Assembly: GCA_951406725.2 (NCBI GenBank)
Contig: OX597825.1
Span: 65,720,001-65,784,000 of the forward strand
DNA from: Octopus vulgaris
Taxonomy: Eukaryota
Length of the DNA: 64,000 nucleotides
Direction of reading: 5' to 3'
In this document: positions 14,515-27,319 of the stretch, in pieces
How positions within the stretch are numbered: the first letter of the stretch is position 1
How the letters are laid out: every line of letters starts with the position of its first letter
Program-made: the position numbers and the translations under genes
Notes under the pieces: model-generated
Databases searched by the model: none
Told to the model about the DNA's origin: nothing
Seen by the model: the letters and a program-made list of their open reading frames with translations, nothing else

Positions 14515-14780
14515 GTGGAGGCGCGTGACTTAGGGGTTAGGGTGTCAGCATCATGATCGTAAGACTGTGGTTTCGATTCTTGGGCCGGGCGACGCGTTGT
14601 GTTCTTGAGCAAAACACTTCATTTCACGTTGCTCCAGTCCACTCAGCTGGCAAAAATGAGCAACGCTGCGATAGAGTGGCCTCCCGTCCAGCTGGGGAAG
14701 ACATACGCCCATAGAAACCGGGAAACCGGGCCCATGAGTCTGGCTAGGCTTTAAAAGGGCGCATTTATTTATTTATTTAT
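14515..14780 (+). mobile_element. SINE: head D (CORE-like) + 3' module Y
   Basis: tRNA head with GGTTTCGATTC; CORE-like TTGTGTTCTTGAGCAAAACACTT...CAGCTGGCAAAAATGAG; CTGCGATAGAGTGGCCTCCCGTCCAG...GAAACCGGGAAACCGG; (ATTT)n tail. Confidence 0.8.
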
Positions 14781-15202
14781 TATATGTGCACGCACACGTA
14801 AGTATGTGTGGTACTGTGTTGCATATATAATTCAGAATTTTCGGAGGATTTCATAAAATATTGATAGACATATCAGTTCGCATTAGTATTTCTATGACTA
14901 CAACGAGCACCTCTTAACTCTCCTGTACTAAAATAATCCATTTTGACAAAATATAAAAATCTTAAAATGCGCCAAGGTAAATCTCAATTTTTATACCGCA
15001 AGTTTACTTGAAGGTGAGACAAAAACGTTTCAAATCCTTTCTTTGACAAATTGATCCAATACCCAATACCATTTTCTACCATTAGAACTTGGTAAATTTT
15101 CAAGTCTTTCAGGAGATCCGTTTTAGCGTGTCTACTCACATCAAACAACAACAACAGCAATACTATTTCTCAGTAATACAAAACAATACTGGATTAACAA
15201 TC

Positions 15203-15418
15203 AAGGCGGCGAGTTGGCAGAATCGTTAGCACGCCAGATAAAATGCTTAGGAGCATTTCGTCCGACCTTACGTTCTGAGTTCAAATTCCACCGAGGTTGA
15301 CTTTGCCTTTCGTGTTTTCGAGGTCGATAAAATAAGTACCAGTTGAACACTGGGATTTGAGTAATCGATTTATCTCCCACCCCTGAGCTTCCTGGTTCTG
15401 TACCAAATTTGAAATCGA
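15203..15418 (+). mobile_element. Family-A2 SINE
   Basis: AAGGCGGCGAGTTGGCAGAATCGTTAGC head, B box, conserved body. Confidence 0.85.
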
Positions 15419-15449
15419 TATGAATCTAATAACAACGATCATGATAATC

Positions 15450-15660
15450 CTTTATACAATAGCCACAAGGCCTGAAACTTGGGTGAGTGAGTCAGTCTAT
15501 TACATCGATTCTAGTGCTCACCTGGTACTTATTTCATCGACCCCGAAAGTATGAAAGACAAAGTTGACCTTGGCGGAATTTGAACTCAGAATATAAGGAC
15601 GGACGAAATGCCGCTAAGCATTTTACCCAGCGTGCTAATGATTCTGCCAGCTTACCAACT
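15450..15660 (-). mobile_element. Family-A2 SINE, inverted relative to the preceding copy
   Basis: Reverse complement of the A consensus. A further degenerate minus copy lies at ~16020-16212. Confidence 0.85.
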
Positions 15661-16931
15661 TCATAACGAATGGTTTCTCCATTTGCAAGGGATGAATATA
15701 TTTAACTGAATTGAATCCAGTATATTACTGGTATTAATTTCATTAATCCTATCATTAAAACGTATCTTATAAAATATCGCTTGAATTTTAGTTTAGGGTG
15801 TCAAATCTCTTTTCAAAATACTGCAAGGTGCTTTTAACAGAACCTCCGTAGTTACGCTTGTAGTCAAAGGAATTTCAGTCACGACCTTCTCCGCTTTCTT
15901 TTTCAAAATAAAAACTCCTTATCAAGTGTCCTTCCTTTCTGAAAGCTGTTGAATGTAGTTTGAGATATTTTTGATTTTATTTCTATTCTAGGAAATATCC
16001 AGTAGAAATTAATGAATTAATGGTTTCGAATTTAAGCACAAGTTCAACAATTTTGGTCGTATGGGTTAGTTGATTGAATCGACCCCAGTTTTTGACTGGT
16101 GCTTAATCTTTTGGACATCGGAAGAATGAAATATAAACTGACCCCATTGGGGTTTGAACCCAGAATGTAGAGTCAGAATATGTATACCGCTTTTAATGAT
16201 TCTGCAAGTTCACAGGTTTTTATCCAATCGAAATTAATTAATACACATACATATACACGCACATATGCAAGCACAGATATACGTACACATACATGCAGAC
16301 ATAATCACAGAGGTACACTCACCAAAACACATGCAATCACACACATTTAACACATAATTTAACACAGTGACCATAGCATACAGACACACACATATAGTAA
16401 GTCATACACAAACATGCACACAAATACACGCAGAAACACACAAATACATACACGCATACACAAGCATATACGCACGCATACATACATGCGTACACACGCA
16501 TACACAATTACACACATATAAACCCACATGGATACGCAATCATAAACACACACATGTACATAGGTACACATAATCCCACAAACATACACTCATACACAAT
16601 CAGATGCATACAATAGAAATACATACACACACATGTACACACATACACACACATATACACATACAGAGAAACACATACAAACACGCTTAACAAAAACACA
16701 ATCACACAGACATACATACTAACATGCATATACACAAGCACTTACAAAGAACAGAAACACATGCACACACATACACACATACACACATACACATACATGG
16801 AAACACATAGAAACACGCTTAATAAAAACACAGAAAACCATACGCACGCACAAACAGACAAACATGCACATTATACCTATAGAAACAAGCCAACCACATA
16901 TCCAAAATTCAGTTTCAACGAAATTACGTTG

Positions 16932-17157
16932 TATTGGGCTGTCCGGAAAGTTCGTGCCGATTTATAGTAGCTTACATTTCGACTTATTTTAGAACATGGT
17001 TGAGTCCATAAAATAGGATTTGACTACACCTCCATTTAGAGCACAGTAAAAGCTATCTTTTCGTGGAAGAAGATTTATGTTCCTATAACCTGTGTTAATT
17101 CTGTAACCCTTTAAAATGGAAGATAAAGTTCATTTTCAGCACTTGATGTTTTGGGAA
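16932..17157 (+). mobile_element. Mariner transposon 5' fragment
   Basis: TA + TIR-like TTGGGCTGTCCGGAAAGTTCGTGCCGATTT. ATG at 17116 gives MEDKVHFQHLMFWE, resembling mariner transposase N-termini, then truncates. Confidence 0.7.
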
Positions 17158-17492
17158 CCAGACAAAAATTGTACATCAATACAATGCACACGTTTACATA
17201 CATTATATACGTATTTTGCATAAATTGCATACATTACGTTCATGACATACATTAACTATATTGCTAACATTGCATACATTACATTCTATTAGCTAAACAG
17301 ACATACATTAACTTATATCAAATTACATTACACACATTGCATATAATGCATAGATTACATGCATTACAAACATCACATTAACGAACATTACATATTTTGC
17401 ATACATTACATATATTGCATACATTACATATTTTGCATACATTACATATTTTGAATACATATGTTACATTATATTTCATACATTACTTACCT

Positions 17493-17868
17493 GACACGTC
17501 CCTGTACCTCAGCTTCTGGCGGCCAATGTTTCTTCTCTCTATAGGAGGGATATGAAGGCACTTGGCACCAAGAACCAATTCCTGGGAGGATCTCGCAGCC
17601 GACCGAACCAGCTGGAGAGGCACTCTTCACAAACAACTGTAGACAGCGAAGAGAATTTGAGGGTGGCGACAGCTGAAAACCGAACCCGCAGAAAAGAAAT
17701 GACAGCCAACGGACCGGATTCAACGTATATGTGTGACCTCAGCAAACGAGACTGCCACTCTTGCATCGGTCTCTACAGCCACAGGGAAGCGTTGCAAAAA
17801 CTGAATAGACAACTCAACGGACGGATGACATCATCCATGGTCAGCCATGACCGACGGAGGCCGAAGAG
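17493..17868 (+). mobile_element. 5'-truncated RTE-clade LINE 3' end
   Basis: Frameshifted peptide DMKALG..SWEDLAADRTSWRGTL...YMCDLSKRDCHSCIGLYSHR matches the RTE ORF C-terminus. 8-bp TSD ACTTACCT at 17485-17492 and 17869-17876. Confidence 0.85.
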
Positions 17869-17902
17869 ACTTACCTCCCAATACATTGCTTACATTGTCA
17901 TA

Positions 17903-18110
17903 TACACGAGAGAGTGTTGAAAAGTTCCTGGTTTGGGTAAAAGAAAATACAGGTGGATCAGTTAATTGTGATTTTATTCAACATATTCCCCCCTCATATT
18001 CACGTATTGCAGCACACTTTCAGCCTTATAAAAGAACTCTGAAGGCTGGACCTCCAACCAGGCCTTTCGCGGGACCCTTAAAGCTATGAACTTTTCAGCA
18101 CACCCATGTA
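17903..18110 (+). mobile_element. Mariner-type MITE
   Basis: Imperfect TIRs (..GTGTTGAAAAGTTC / GAACTTTTCAGCAC..) with TA ends. Related copy at 27847-27994. Confidence 0.75.
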
Positions 18111-18147
18111 TTTACATACATCTGCTCACGTTACATTACGTTACATG

Positions 18148-18541
18148 CTCTTTACTCTTTTACTTTTTTACTTGTTTCAGTCATTTGACTGCGGCCATGC
18201 TGGAGCACCGCCTTTAATCGACTCCAGGACGTATTCTTGGTAAGCCCAGTACTTATTCAATCAGTCTGTTTTGCCGAACCGCTAAGTTACGGGGACGTAA
18301 ACACACTAGCATTGGTTGTCAAGCGATGCTGGGGGGGGGGGGCAAACACAGACACACACATATACATATACACATATGCGACGGGCTTCTTTCAGTTTCC
18401 GTCTACCAAATCCACTCACAAGACTTTGGTCGGCCCGAGGCTATAGCAGAAGACACTTGTTCAAGGTGCCACGCAGTGGGACTGAACCCGGAACTATGCG
18501 GTTGGTAAGCAAGCTACTTACCACACAGCCACTCCTGCGCC
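18148..18541 (-). mobile_element. Family-B SINE, full length
   Basis: tRNA-like head GGCGCAGGAGTGGCTGTGTGGTAAG...GGTTCAGTCCC, internal microsatellite, tail GGCGGTGCTCCAGCATGGCCGCAGTCAAATGACTGAAAC followed by (AGTAAA)-like repeats. Confidence 0.9.
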
Positions 18542-18882
18542 CACATGTATACATTATATACATTTTCTTATCGGGAAAAGGATGAGAAATTCTAAACAAA
18601 GATGGAAAGCCCAACGTAAGACAGAAATGTTTTGATATTACTGAAGAACACAAGACAAAGAAAAGTATATTGAACCTCTATTGAATCTATTTATAGATTA
18701 CTTGATCGATTCTACAAAAACTGCCCGTTGCTGTCACTGCCTGTTCTTTTTCTTCTTCTATCGCTGCTGTCTTTATTATCCTGTTTGAAGTTACGCGGCA
18801 TCCGGCCTTCAAATGTTAATCTTTCTTTTCTTTCTGGTTGTTATTGTCTGTAGTTGTTGTTACTGTCGCCAATACGTGAAGC

Positions 18883-18959
<77 letters not shown>

Positions 18960-19281
18960 GTCTCAAAAAACAAAACCAAGGAACTGTTGTCGGAATATTT
19001 ATTTACCGAAATTCATTGCTGTAAATTGGCAGCTCTTCTAGAGAGACATGAAAGAGTTTATCGGTGGTGCTTCTCATGTGCAATTTTGATGGTGTTTTTG
19101 TGATCACACCAGGATTTTTGGTTTTAGAAAGGAAGTGAGGTACTTTTGATATTGTATATATGTACATATATTTGGATGTAACTATATGTATGCGCCCGTG
19201 TGTGTGTCTGTATGTGTTTATAACTATCAAATTGTACATCAGCGTTTCCATATCTTGGTAAACAAAGCATATCTATCTACA

Positions 19282-19331
<50 letters not shown>

Positions 19332-20189
19332 ATTATCTAATTATCTGTCTGTCTGTCTATCTGTTTATCTATCTATCTATCTACCCTCTCTCTCTCTCTC
19401 TCTCTCTCTTTATATATATATATACACGTAATGTATGTATATATATATAAATCATGTATGTATATATATCTGTCTGTTTGTTTATCTGTCTGTCTGTCTA
19501 TCTATCTAGATCTCAGTACATCATTCGTACATATATACATACCTACGTACGCAATACTTACCTACCTACATCCCATGGTCTCTGAACTGCTTGAGGGAGC
19601 CGTAGGTGCACCGTCGTAATATACGGTGCATGCTGGGTATTTTAAACTAGGTGGAGCCCAGTAAGTTTCTTCCAGAAGGAGAAAAAAACACACTGACAGA
19701 AAAGGAAGTTAGAGAAAGATATGAAAAAATCCAGTACAGGTAAATTACTTTATTTATCGACCCCATAAGGATATATGAGTAAAGTTCACGTCGATGGGAT
19801 TTGAACTCAGAGTGCAAGAAGCCGGGGGGGATTACCATTAAGCAAGCTATCTGACGCTCTACTAACTATGCTAATTGACCATCAATGTACCGCTATTCGA
19901 CCGTCTGACCAATGTCTTTCCGTGGCAATTCACTACATATCCACGTATTCTTAAGGTGGGTTGTATACGACGTAGAAGGTGCCCGTTCTTTGCCATATGC
20001 CAACCTCGTACACACAAGTATACACAAACACCTACACACATATGCATACATAACCCTTCACACTAACATACGCTCAAATATTTACACAGTACACACCAAT
20101 ACACACACGTTCACGCACACAGATGCACTCACACAAGCATACACTAATATTCGCACACAGCACATAATATAATATAAACACAATCGTAC

Positions 20190-20530
20190 ACACTAATATA
20201 CATGCAAACACACACTAATACATATGCATTAATATACACATAGACACATACAGAGTCATTTGCACATGTTAATACATACACAGATGTACATAGAGACTCA
20301 TTTGCATATGTTAATATACACATGGAAACATGGAGATTCACTTGCACGCTTTAATACATACACTGATATACACAGATTCACTCGCAAACATTAATATACA
20401 CACAGATACATAGAGTTGCAATCATATACGTTAATACGTATATAGACACAGAGATTCACTCTTGAATAGAATCACAGAGATATACAGAGAATCACTTGCA
20501 CATATTAATACGCACCTAGACAGATATAGA
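20190..20530. repeat. Degenerate minisatellite (~32-40 bp unit)
   Basis: Recurrent TTAATA(T/C)AC...AGAG(T/A)CA(T/C)TTGCA motif. Confidence 0.65.
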
Positions 20531-21534
20531 TTTATATACACACAATACACGCAGGGACGATTACAGATTCACTCCACATATTCATACGCACACAGAGACG
20601 TACAAGAATTCGTTCGTACATCTTTGTACACACACACACACACTGAGACACACACAAATTCAAAAGCACACAATGATACACACAGAGAAACACAGAAAAA
20701 TTCAAACACACGTATTACTACGCACATAAAAATTCACATGTACGCATACGCATAACATATATCCAAATTGAGTGTCAAGTTTGCAGATTGTAAACAAATC
20801 AACAAAACAATAGAAAAACAACGATGCATTCTGTGTAATGTAGATGACAAAAGCTGATATTGGCAGAACATTGAGTGTGTAAATAAGGAATCAATAAACT
20901 CTAGAATTCACATGATGGTATCATAGAACCGACAGGAAAAATAGCGATACAATGGCGTAGATAAAAACATTAACGGATATTAAGGTTTGCAATAAATAAG
21001 ATATAAGCTGTGATAATTGATGAACTAGTTGTGATGTAAAAATGGAAGTATCATTATAAGAATTGTGGCAATACTCCTGATATTGATATTTCGAACACTT
21101 AAATTTGTGATACTACAAAGTATGGTTAAAATTGGTGGAGCACCTGAGAAGGACTGTTTTGTGATGTTAAGCAGGGATCTGTTGCTTTCTGAGCTTAAAT
21201 CTCCGCCAAATCGAGTGTATATCTTTATTTTTTATTTTCCATTCGATGTTGATTAAAAATAAGTATCACTCTTTAATTGGGATTGATATATGCGGTAGAA
21301 TCGTAGAAGTGGCATTCACCCCCTCCCAGATAATTTGTTTGGTCGTCGTCTAAAGATGGAATCCAAGGAAATTAACCAAAGAAAAATGAACCAACAATGT
21401 CTGAGGAAGATGGTTTAATGACAATAATAGAAGGAAACTGTTTAAAGAGTTTGTACGGAAGGGCGAAACGATCCAAGATGCTAAGACCAGACACCAAGAT
21501 ATGACAAGATGTCAAAAATATAAGTCGCTTTTGC

Positions 21535-21845
21535 CTTTTACATTTTATTTGCTTCATTCATTGACTGCCGCCATGCTGGAGCACCGCATTGAGGAATTTT
21601 TAGTCGAATAAATTGACCCCAGTATTCAATCTTTTTTAAAGGCTAGTACTTATTTTATCGGCCTTTTTTTGCTGAACCACTAAGTTACGAGACACAATCA
21701 CACCAACACTGATTGTCAAGCAGTGGTGGGAGACAAACACAAATACACAAACACACACATGCATACATACACTCACACATACATACACACACACATATGA
21801 TTGTGAAGCAAGCTTCTTACCACACAGCTACGCTTGCGCCTGCTT
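21535..21845 (-). mobile_element. Family-B SINE, internally deleted
   Basis: Tail and 3' body present; much of the 5' body is missing. Confidence 0.75.
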
Positions 21846-22810
21846 ATGAGAATATCCAAAAAGAATCCCTTACGTGTGACAGAAGCAGTGTTAAGTGAAA
21901 CTGCAATCTGTGTAACTGCTATTCGCCGGAGATACGTCGTATAGACGTACTGTGTTTAAAAACACAAATATATCAGTAGGAGAGGAAAATTCGTACAGCA
22001 GCAGCGATGAGAATGTTAGATGTGCATTTCTGCCTTGATAGGTTTCGTCAGTAGCATTTATTTACCCACTGACAACCGCATGCCAAGACATAATCCGATG
22101 CTACTCATATAGAAAAACAGTGATTGAAAAATCACTGGTGTTGCAATTAGCTGCCCCGCTGAATAAAAATCTGTTATGCACAAGAATTTAGAAACTTCGA
22201 GAGGAACGGAGTATATTATTTCTTATTGCAGGATCTCAAAGTAGATAAATTTATATATTACAAAGTATAGCAGCGAATCTCGACTTTTTTATGCGCCACA
22301 GGTCGGTTTCATGCAAAACAATTTTACCACGCCTCGGAGATCATAACAAAATACTATAAAGTGCATAATAGAAAACACTGTGCAACAAGATTTTTATTTT
22401 GTTTCTCTTTGGTCAGTAAGTGTTATTTCCTATTTGCTTCGATCTAGAAATCAATAGAAATGACTACTATTCCCTTCAAACTTTGCTTTCGTGACCTGAA
22501 CATCGATGTTTTGAAACTGACATTAATTTCCATTGCATTTCAGATTCAATACTGAGTTTCTGAAGCAGAATTTATAGCAAACATTCTGCTCAATAACACG
22601 GATTTGCTCGTCGTTTGCTTGACCGTAACCACTTGAGCATGTCCCTTAGTGGTTGGCAATATGTGCATTTCTGATCAGGAGTAGTGGGGGAGCATCGTAG
22701 TCATGTGTTGAGAGGGATTCTTTGGGGTTTGAATAAATGTAACAAAAGCAAAGAATGAACGAAACCATAGTCATTTTTCATAATTTCTAGGTGTAAGCAA
22801 ATAGAAAATA

Positions 22811-23152
22811 TGGAAGCACTCCGTCGGTTACGACGACGAGGGTTCCGGTTGATCCGATCAGCGGAACAGCCTGCTCGTGAAATTAACGTGTAAGTGGCTG
22901 AGCACTCCACAGACACGTGTACTCTTAACATAGTTCTCGGGGATATTCAGCGTGACACAGAGAGTGACAAGGCCGGCCCTTTGAAATACAGGTACAACAG
23001 AAACAGGAAGTAATAGTGAGAGAAAGTTGTGGTGAAAGAGTACAGCAGGGATCACCACCATCCCTGCCGGAGCCTCGTGGAGCTTTTAGGTGTTTTCGCT
23101 CAATAAACACTCACAACGCCCGGTCTGGGAATCGAAACCGCGATCCTACGAT
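22811..23152 (-). mobile_element. SINE: head C + 3' module X, 5'-truncated
   Basis: Near-identical to 24694-25082 and 25739-26124. Confidence 0.9.
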
Positions 23153-23764
23153 CCGAAGACTGTATAAATAAATACCAAAGAAATAACATTTTAAAATAAA
23201 TTCTTTCTACGTAGCCCGGTACCAAATGAACTACGGTCTCGTACTCGATTGGGAAAACTTCGTTAAAAACACCCATTGGACTGAAAGATGCTAAAGGTTT
23301 CTCAATAATAGGTCATAGTTTGTATCTGTTCCTCGTGAAGAACACGAAAACAATAATCTTTAATCGTTCTAAGATTGGCAGAGAAATGTAAGTAAAATTG
23401 GTTCTGACAGTAAACTGTTTATTCATACGATTTTAGTAATAACTAATCAGTTCTTTAAGCAGCCGTTTCTTTAAAGTGACGAAATCAATAAGCACTATTG
23501 CATCTTTGCTGAAAATAAATAAATAAATAGATAGATAGGAATGATAATTCTTTTGGGTTATGGAGATACATAACTATTAAATTAGCGACAAAAGCCAGCA
23601 TCAAAGAGTAAAGAAAGAAAACACGAGTTGGTGGTTTATAACTAATGTCAAACAACAGAAATACGGTTGTAAAGACAAAAAGAATAAGAAGAATAAATGA
23701 TATTGGTAAGGAAAATACAAACTGTACGACACTGCTGAAGTCTCACACCTGTTCCAGATGAAGG

Positions 23765-24530
23765 GAGCAGAGGAGGAGGAAGAGGAAGGGGGTAGAGAGA
23801 GGAGAACGAAAGGAAGAGGAAGTAGAGGTGAACGAAAAGAAAGAGGAAGAAGAGGAGAACGAAAAGGAAGATGAAGGAGAGGTGAGTGAAAACAAAGAGG
23901 AAGAAGAGGAGAACGAAAAGGAAGAGGAAGGAGAGGCGAACGAAAAGGAAGATGAAGAAGAGGAGAACGAAAAGGAAGATGAAGGAGAGGAGAACGAAAA
24001 GGAAGAGGAAGGAGAGGAGAACGAAAAGAAAGAGGAAGAAGAGGAGAACGAAAAGGAAGAGGAAGTAGAGGTGAAAGAAAAGAAAGAGGAAGAAGAGGAG
24101 AACGAAAAGGAAGAGGAAGTAGAGGTGAATGAAATGAAAGAGGAAGAAGAGGAGAACGAAAAGGAAGAGGAAGAGGAAGAAGAGGAGAACGAAAAGGAAG
24201 AGGAAGAAGAGGTGAACGAAAAGAAAGAGGAAGAAGAGGAGAACGAAAAGGAAGAGGAAGATGAAGGGGCGGAGGAGGAGGGGGAGGAGGAGAAAAAGGA
24301 GAAGGAGAAGAAGAAGAAGAAGAAGAAAGGGGAGGGTTAAGACGATGAGACTGGTGCTGACGACGGCGGAGGTGGTGGTGGCAAGCCCGGCGGTAGCACT
24401 AGTTACGGTGATAGCAGCGTTGGCAGCAGCAGCAGTAGTAGCGGCAGCAGCGGCGGTGATGGTGGCGGCAGTGGCAGCGGTAGCGGTGGAGGAAAAGGCG
24501 GCGGAGGAGGCGACGGCGGAGGCGACGGTC
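23765..24530. repeat. Purine-rich minisatellite (GAGGAGAACGAAAAGGAAGAGGAAGAA-like units) then GGC/GCA cryptic repeats
   Basis: Directly visible unit reiteration; source of the low-complexity ORFs. Confidence 0.85.
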
Positions 24531-24693
24531 AAGGGCTGACTGCAATGTCATCTTCAAGATGATCTTGGCTGACGGCTAAATCAAGCTATCTCAATAGTTG
24601 TATGACATAATTCCAAAAGCCAGCGATGGTCTGATGCTGGATGAGTGCATCGAGAATGGTTTCTTCGCTCTATGTATATTGTATATCTCGGGC

Positions 24694-25082
24694 GTGGAGG
24701 CGCAATGGCCCAGTGGTTAGGGCAGCGGACTCACGATCATAGGATCACGGTTTCAATTCCCAGACCGGGCGTTGTGAGTGTTTATTGAGCGAAAACACCT
24801 AAAAGCTCCACGAGGCTCCGGCAGGGGATGATGGTGATCCCTGCTGTACTCTTTCACCACAACTTTCTCTCACTCTTACTTCCTGTTTCTGTTGTACCTG
24901 TATTTCAAGGGGCCGGCCTTGTCACTCTCTGTGTCACGCTGAATATCCCCGAGAACTACGTTAAGGGTGCACGTGTCTGTGGAGTGCTCAGCCACTTACA
25001 CGTTAATTTCACGAGCAGGCTGTTCCGTTGATTCGGATCAACCGGGACCCTCATTGTCGTAACCGACAGAGTGCTTCCATCC
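24694..25082 (+). mobile_element. SINE: head C + 3' module X, full length
   Basis: tRNA-like head GGAGGCGCAATGGCCCAGTGGTTAGGGCAGCGGACTC...GGTTTCAATTCCC. 11-bp TSD ATATCTCGGGC at 24683-24693 and 25083-25093. Confidence 0.92.
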
Positions 25083-25343
25083 ATATCTCGGGCAGGATCA
25101 TCTGGAAACATTTACAGGCCTGACAGTTTTATCTGAAACCAGAAATGCATCCTTCTCCGCGGTTATATTGCAGTGAGAATAACTTTAAACTGCATCCAGG
25201 GGCGGGCCCTCGGGTGTTCCAGGGTTTTGAGAAGTGTTGAACCACCTCTTTGTCATTATTGATCCCAGGTCTACGCTGACCCGAAGTAGTAGCATTTATT
25301 TGGATCCCACCTATGGTTAATTAGCATATTAAGGCTTCTCTAT

Positions 25344-26281
25344 CTATACTTGTTGATTCTCTGGAGACAGCTCGTGAGGGACCCATTTTCCAGCCACTGC
25401 AACCTTTCCAATGTGTTTTAGCTGGCGTACCACAGTTGTATGAGCCACGTTTAACTGTTCTGGAAGTTCCCTAGTGGTAACGATAGGGTTCTCTGAAACA
25501 AGAGCTTCCAACATTTCGGAATCTTTTGGCTCTTCTTTCAAAGTGAAATCACCACTTCCGAAACGGGAAAACCACCTCCTGCAACTTCTTTCATTCACTA
25601 CATCATCCCCATAAGTGCTCTGAATAGATCTTGCTGCCGTACGTGCATTAAACCTTTATGAAACTCACAGAGAAAATCATTTCTTATGTGATCTTTAGAT
25701 GAGACAAACATGGTCGTAAAATTTTTTGAGAACTTTGGATTGGAAGCACTCCGTCGGTTACGACGATGAGGGTTCCGGTTGATCCGAATCAACGGAACAG
25801 CCTGCTCGTGAAATTAACATGTAAGTGGCTGAGAACTCCACAGACACGTGTACCCTTAACGTAGTTCTCGGGGATATTCAGCGTGATACAGAGAGTGACA
25901 AGGCCGGCCCTTTGAAATACAGGTACAACAGAAACAGGAAGTAAGAGTGAGAGAAAGTTGTGGTGAAAGAGTACAGCAGGGATCACCACCATCCCCTGCC
26001 AGAGCCTCGTGGAGCTTTAGGTGTTTTCGCTCAATAAACACTCACAACACCCGGTCTGGGAATCGAAACCGCGATCCTATGACCGCGAGTCCGCTGCCCT
26101 AACCACTGGGCCATTGCGCCTCTACTTCTGAGAACTATGGCCAGAAGTTAGATAACCTGAAAGAAAAGAGTACTAATTAGACACCGAGATATTTTAAAAC
26201 AATAAGAAGAGGCTAAAAAATTGATAAATTCGCTCTGAAGCAATTCTTCTAGAAATCGGACATTATTTTTGCACCAACCTG
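25344..26281 (-). mobile_element. Mariner transposon relic (5' half) interrupted by a SINE
   Basis: TIR CAGGTTGGTGCAAAAATAATGTCCG (26281-26257), Hsmar1-like. ATG at 25711; frameshifted transposase KDHIR...EFHKG/NARTAARSIQSTYGDDVVNERSCRRWFSRF...GKWVPHEL with the diagnostic WVPHEL motif. Truncated before the catalytic domain. Confidence 0.9.
25739..26124 (-). mobile_element. SINE: head C + 3' module X, inserted in the mariner 5' UTR
   Basis: Full-length copy; TSD TGAGAACT(T/A)TGG at 25727-25738 and 26129-26140. Confidence 0.92.
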
Positions 26282-26284
26282 CTA

Positions 26285-26508
26285 TCCATGTTGGATCGTT
26301 AGCCCCTACACGCATTTTTTTCTCTCCTTGTTTCTTTTCTGTGTATCTTTCCGTCGAAGAGCGTAGGCTCGAAACGTAAAAGACTTGTTTTATTTCTATT
26401 CCTGAGCGCCATACTAATACATTGTTTGTTTGTACTCCACCTGCCTTCGTCTTTTATTTATTTTCGTAAACCTGCCTTCGTCTTTTGTTTATTTTCGTAA
26501 ACCTTCCG

Positions 26509-26509
<1 letters not shown>
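26285..26509 (+). mobile_element. Short (TA)n-anchored element with hammerhead-like fold (Penelope-LTR-like)
   Basis: Homologous to 43991-44202; ends in (TA)n; internal ~31-bp duplication. Confidence 0.7.
26346..26383 (+). ncRNA. Minimal type-I hammerhead ribozyme-like motif (variant core)
   Basis: UCUUU-CCGUCGA-A-GAGC(GUAG)GCUC-GAAAC-GUA-AAAGA. Perfect 5-bp stem I, 4-bp stem II, palindromic ACGU in place of stem III; core differs from CUGANGA. Confidence 0.6.
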
Positions 26510-26574
<65 letters not shown>

Positions 26575-26676
26575 TCAGGGTGAGTACTTGATAATTGTAA
26601 GCACCTGTATATACCGTTTGGTGGTGTAGGTGGTGGAGTAAATTAATCAAAATAAAAACATGATGCCAAGGATTCA

Positions 26677-26754
26677 GTGGTACATATGTTTCGGGCCTTT
26701 ATTAGACGGATTTATAACAATGCATAATGTGTGTCTATGGCCTTCTTCAGCCGC
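26677..26754 (-). ncRNA. Type-I hammerhead ribozyme-like motif with extended stem II
   Basis: GCGG-CUGAAGA-AGGCC-AUAGAC...GUCUA-AUAAA-GGCCC-GAAAC-AUAU-GUA-CCAC. Canonical core; palindromic ACAUAUGU stem III. Confidence 0.65.
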
Positions 26755-26887
26755 GCACAACTACTACCTCAAGGACATGTATTACATCAAAAATTCTATG
26801 TTGGGGATGCAAATCCTCTCATTCGCGTACGACATAATGCGGCAACAGCATAAAACGGAAACATACATACATACATACATACATAAT

Positions 26888-26961
<74 letters not shown>

Positions 26962-27319
26962 ACATACACTTATACACATACAAATGCACACATATGCATT
27001 GAGAGAGAAAGAGATCTTTACACACCATGCTATACCTATATACGGAAGCACTGACAAACAGGCAGATTAGCACATAAACAAAAAAAAAATACGAACCAAA
27101 GAAGAGGATTCTAGCAATGTGACATGAATTGAGGAAATTAGAAAAATCAAAGAACACTTGACACATGGTAATATTCCCACATACTAAAAATAAATTCCAT
27201 TTGTACAAAAAGATTGGTTTCATACAGTTAGGAAATAGGCATTGATAAAACTGATATATGCACAAAATGGCGATGCACGCTGATGTACATAAGCATACAC
27301 ACACACAAACACATAACAT

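Noticed and set aside
23648-24539. 294-aa hydrophobic and 170-aa Glu-rich ORFs
   Set aside because: Produced by a purine minisatellite; no convincing splice context or domain.
24694-24765. tRNA gene
   Set aside because: SINE head: no complete acceptor stem, and it continues into a repeated body bounded by a TSD.
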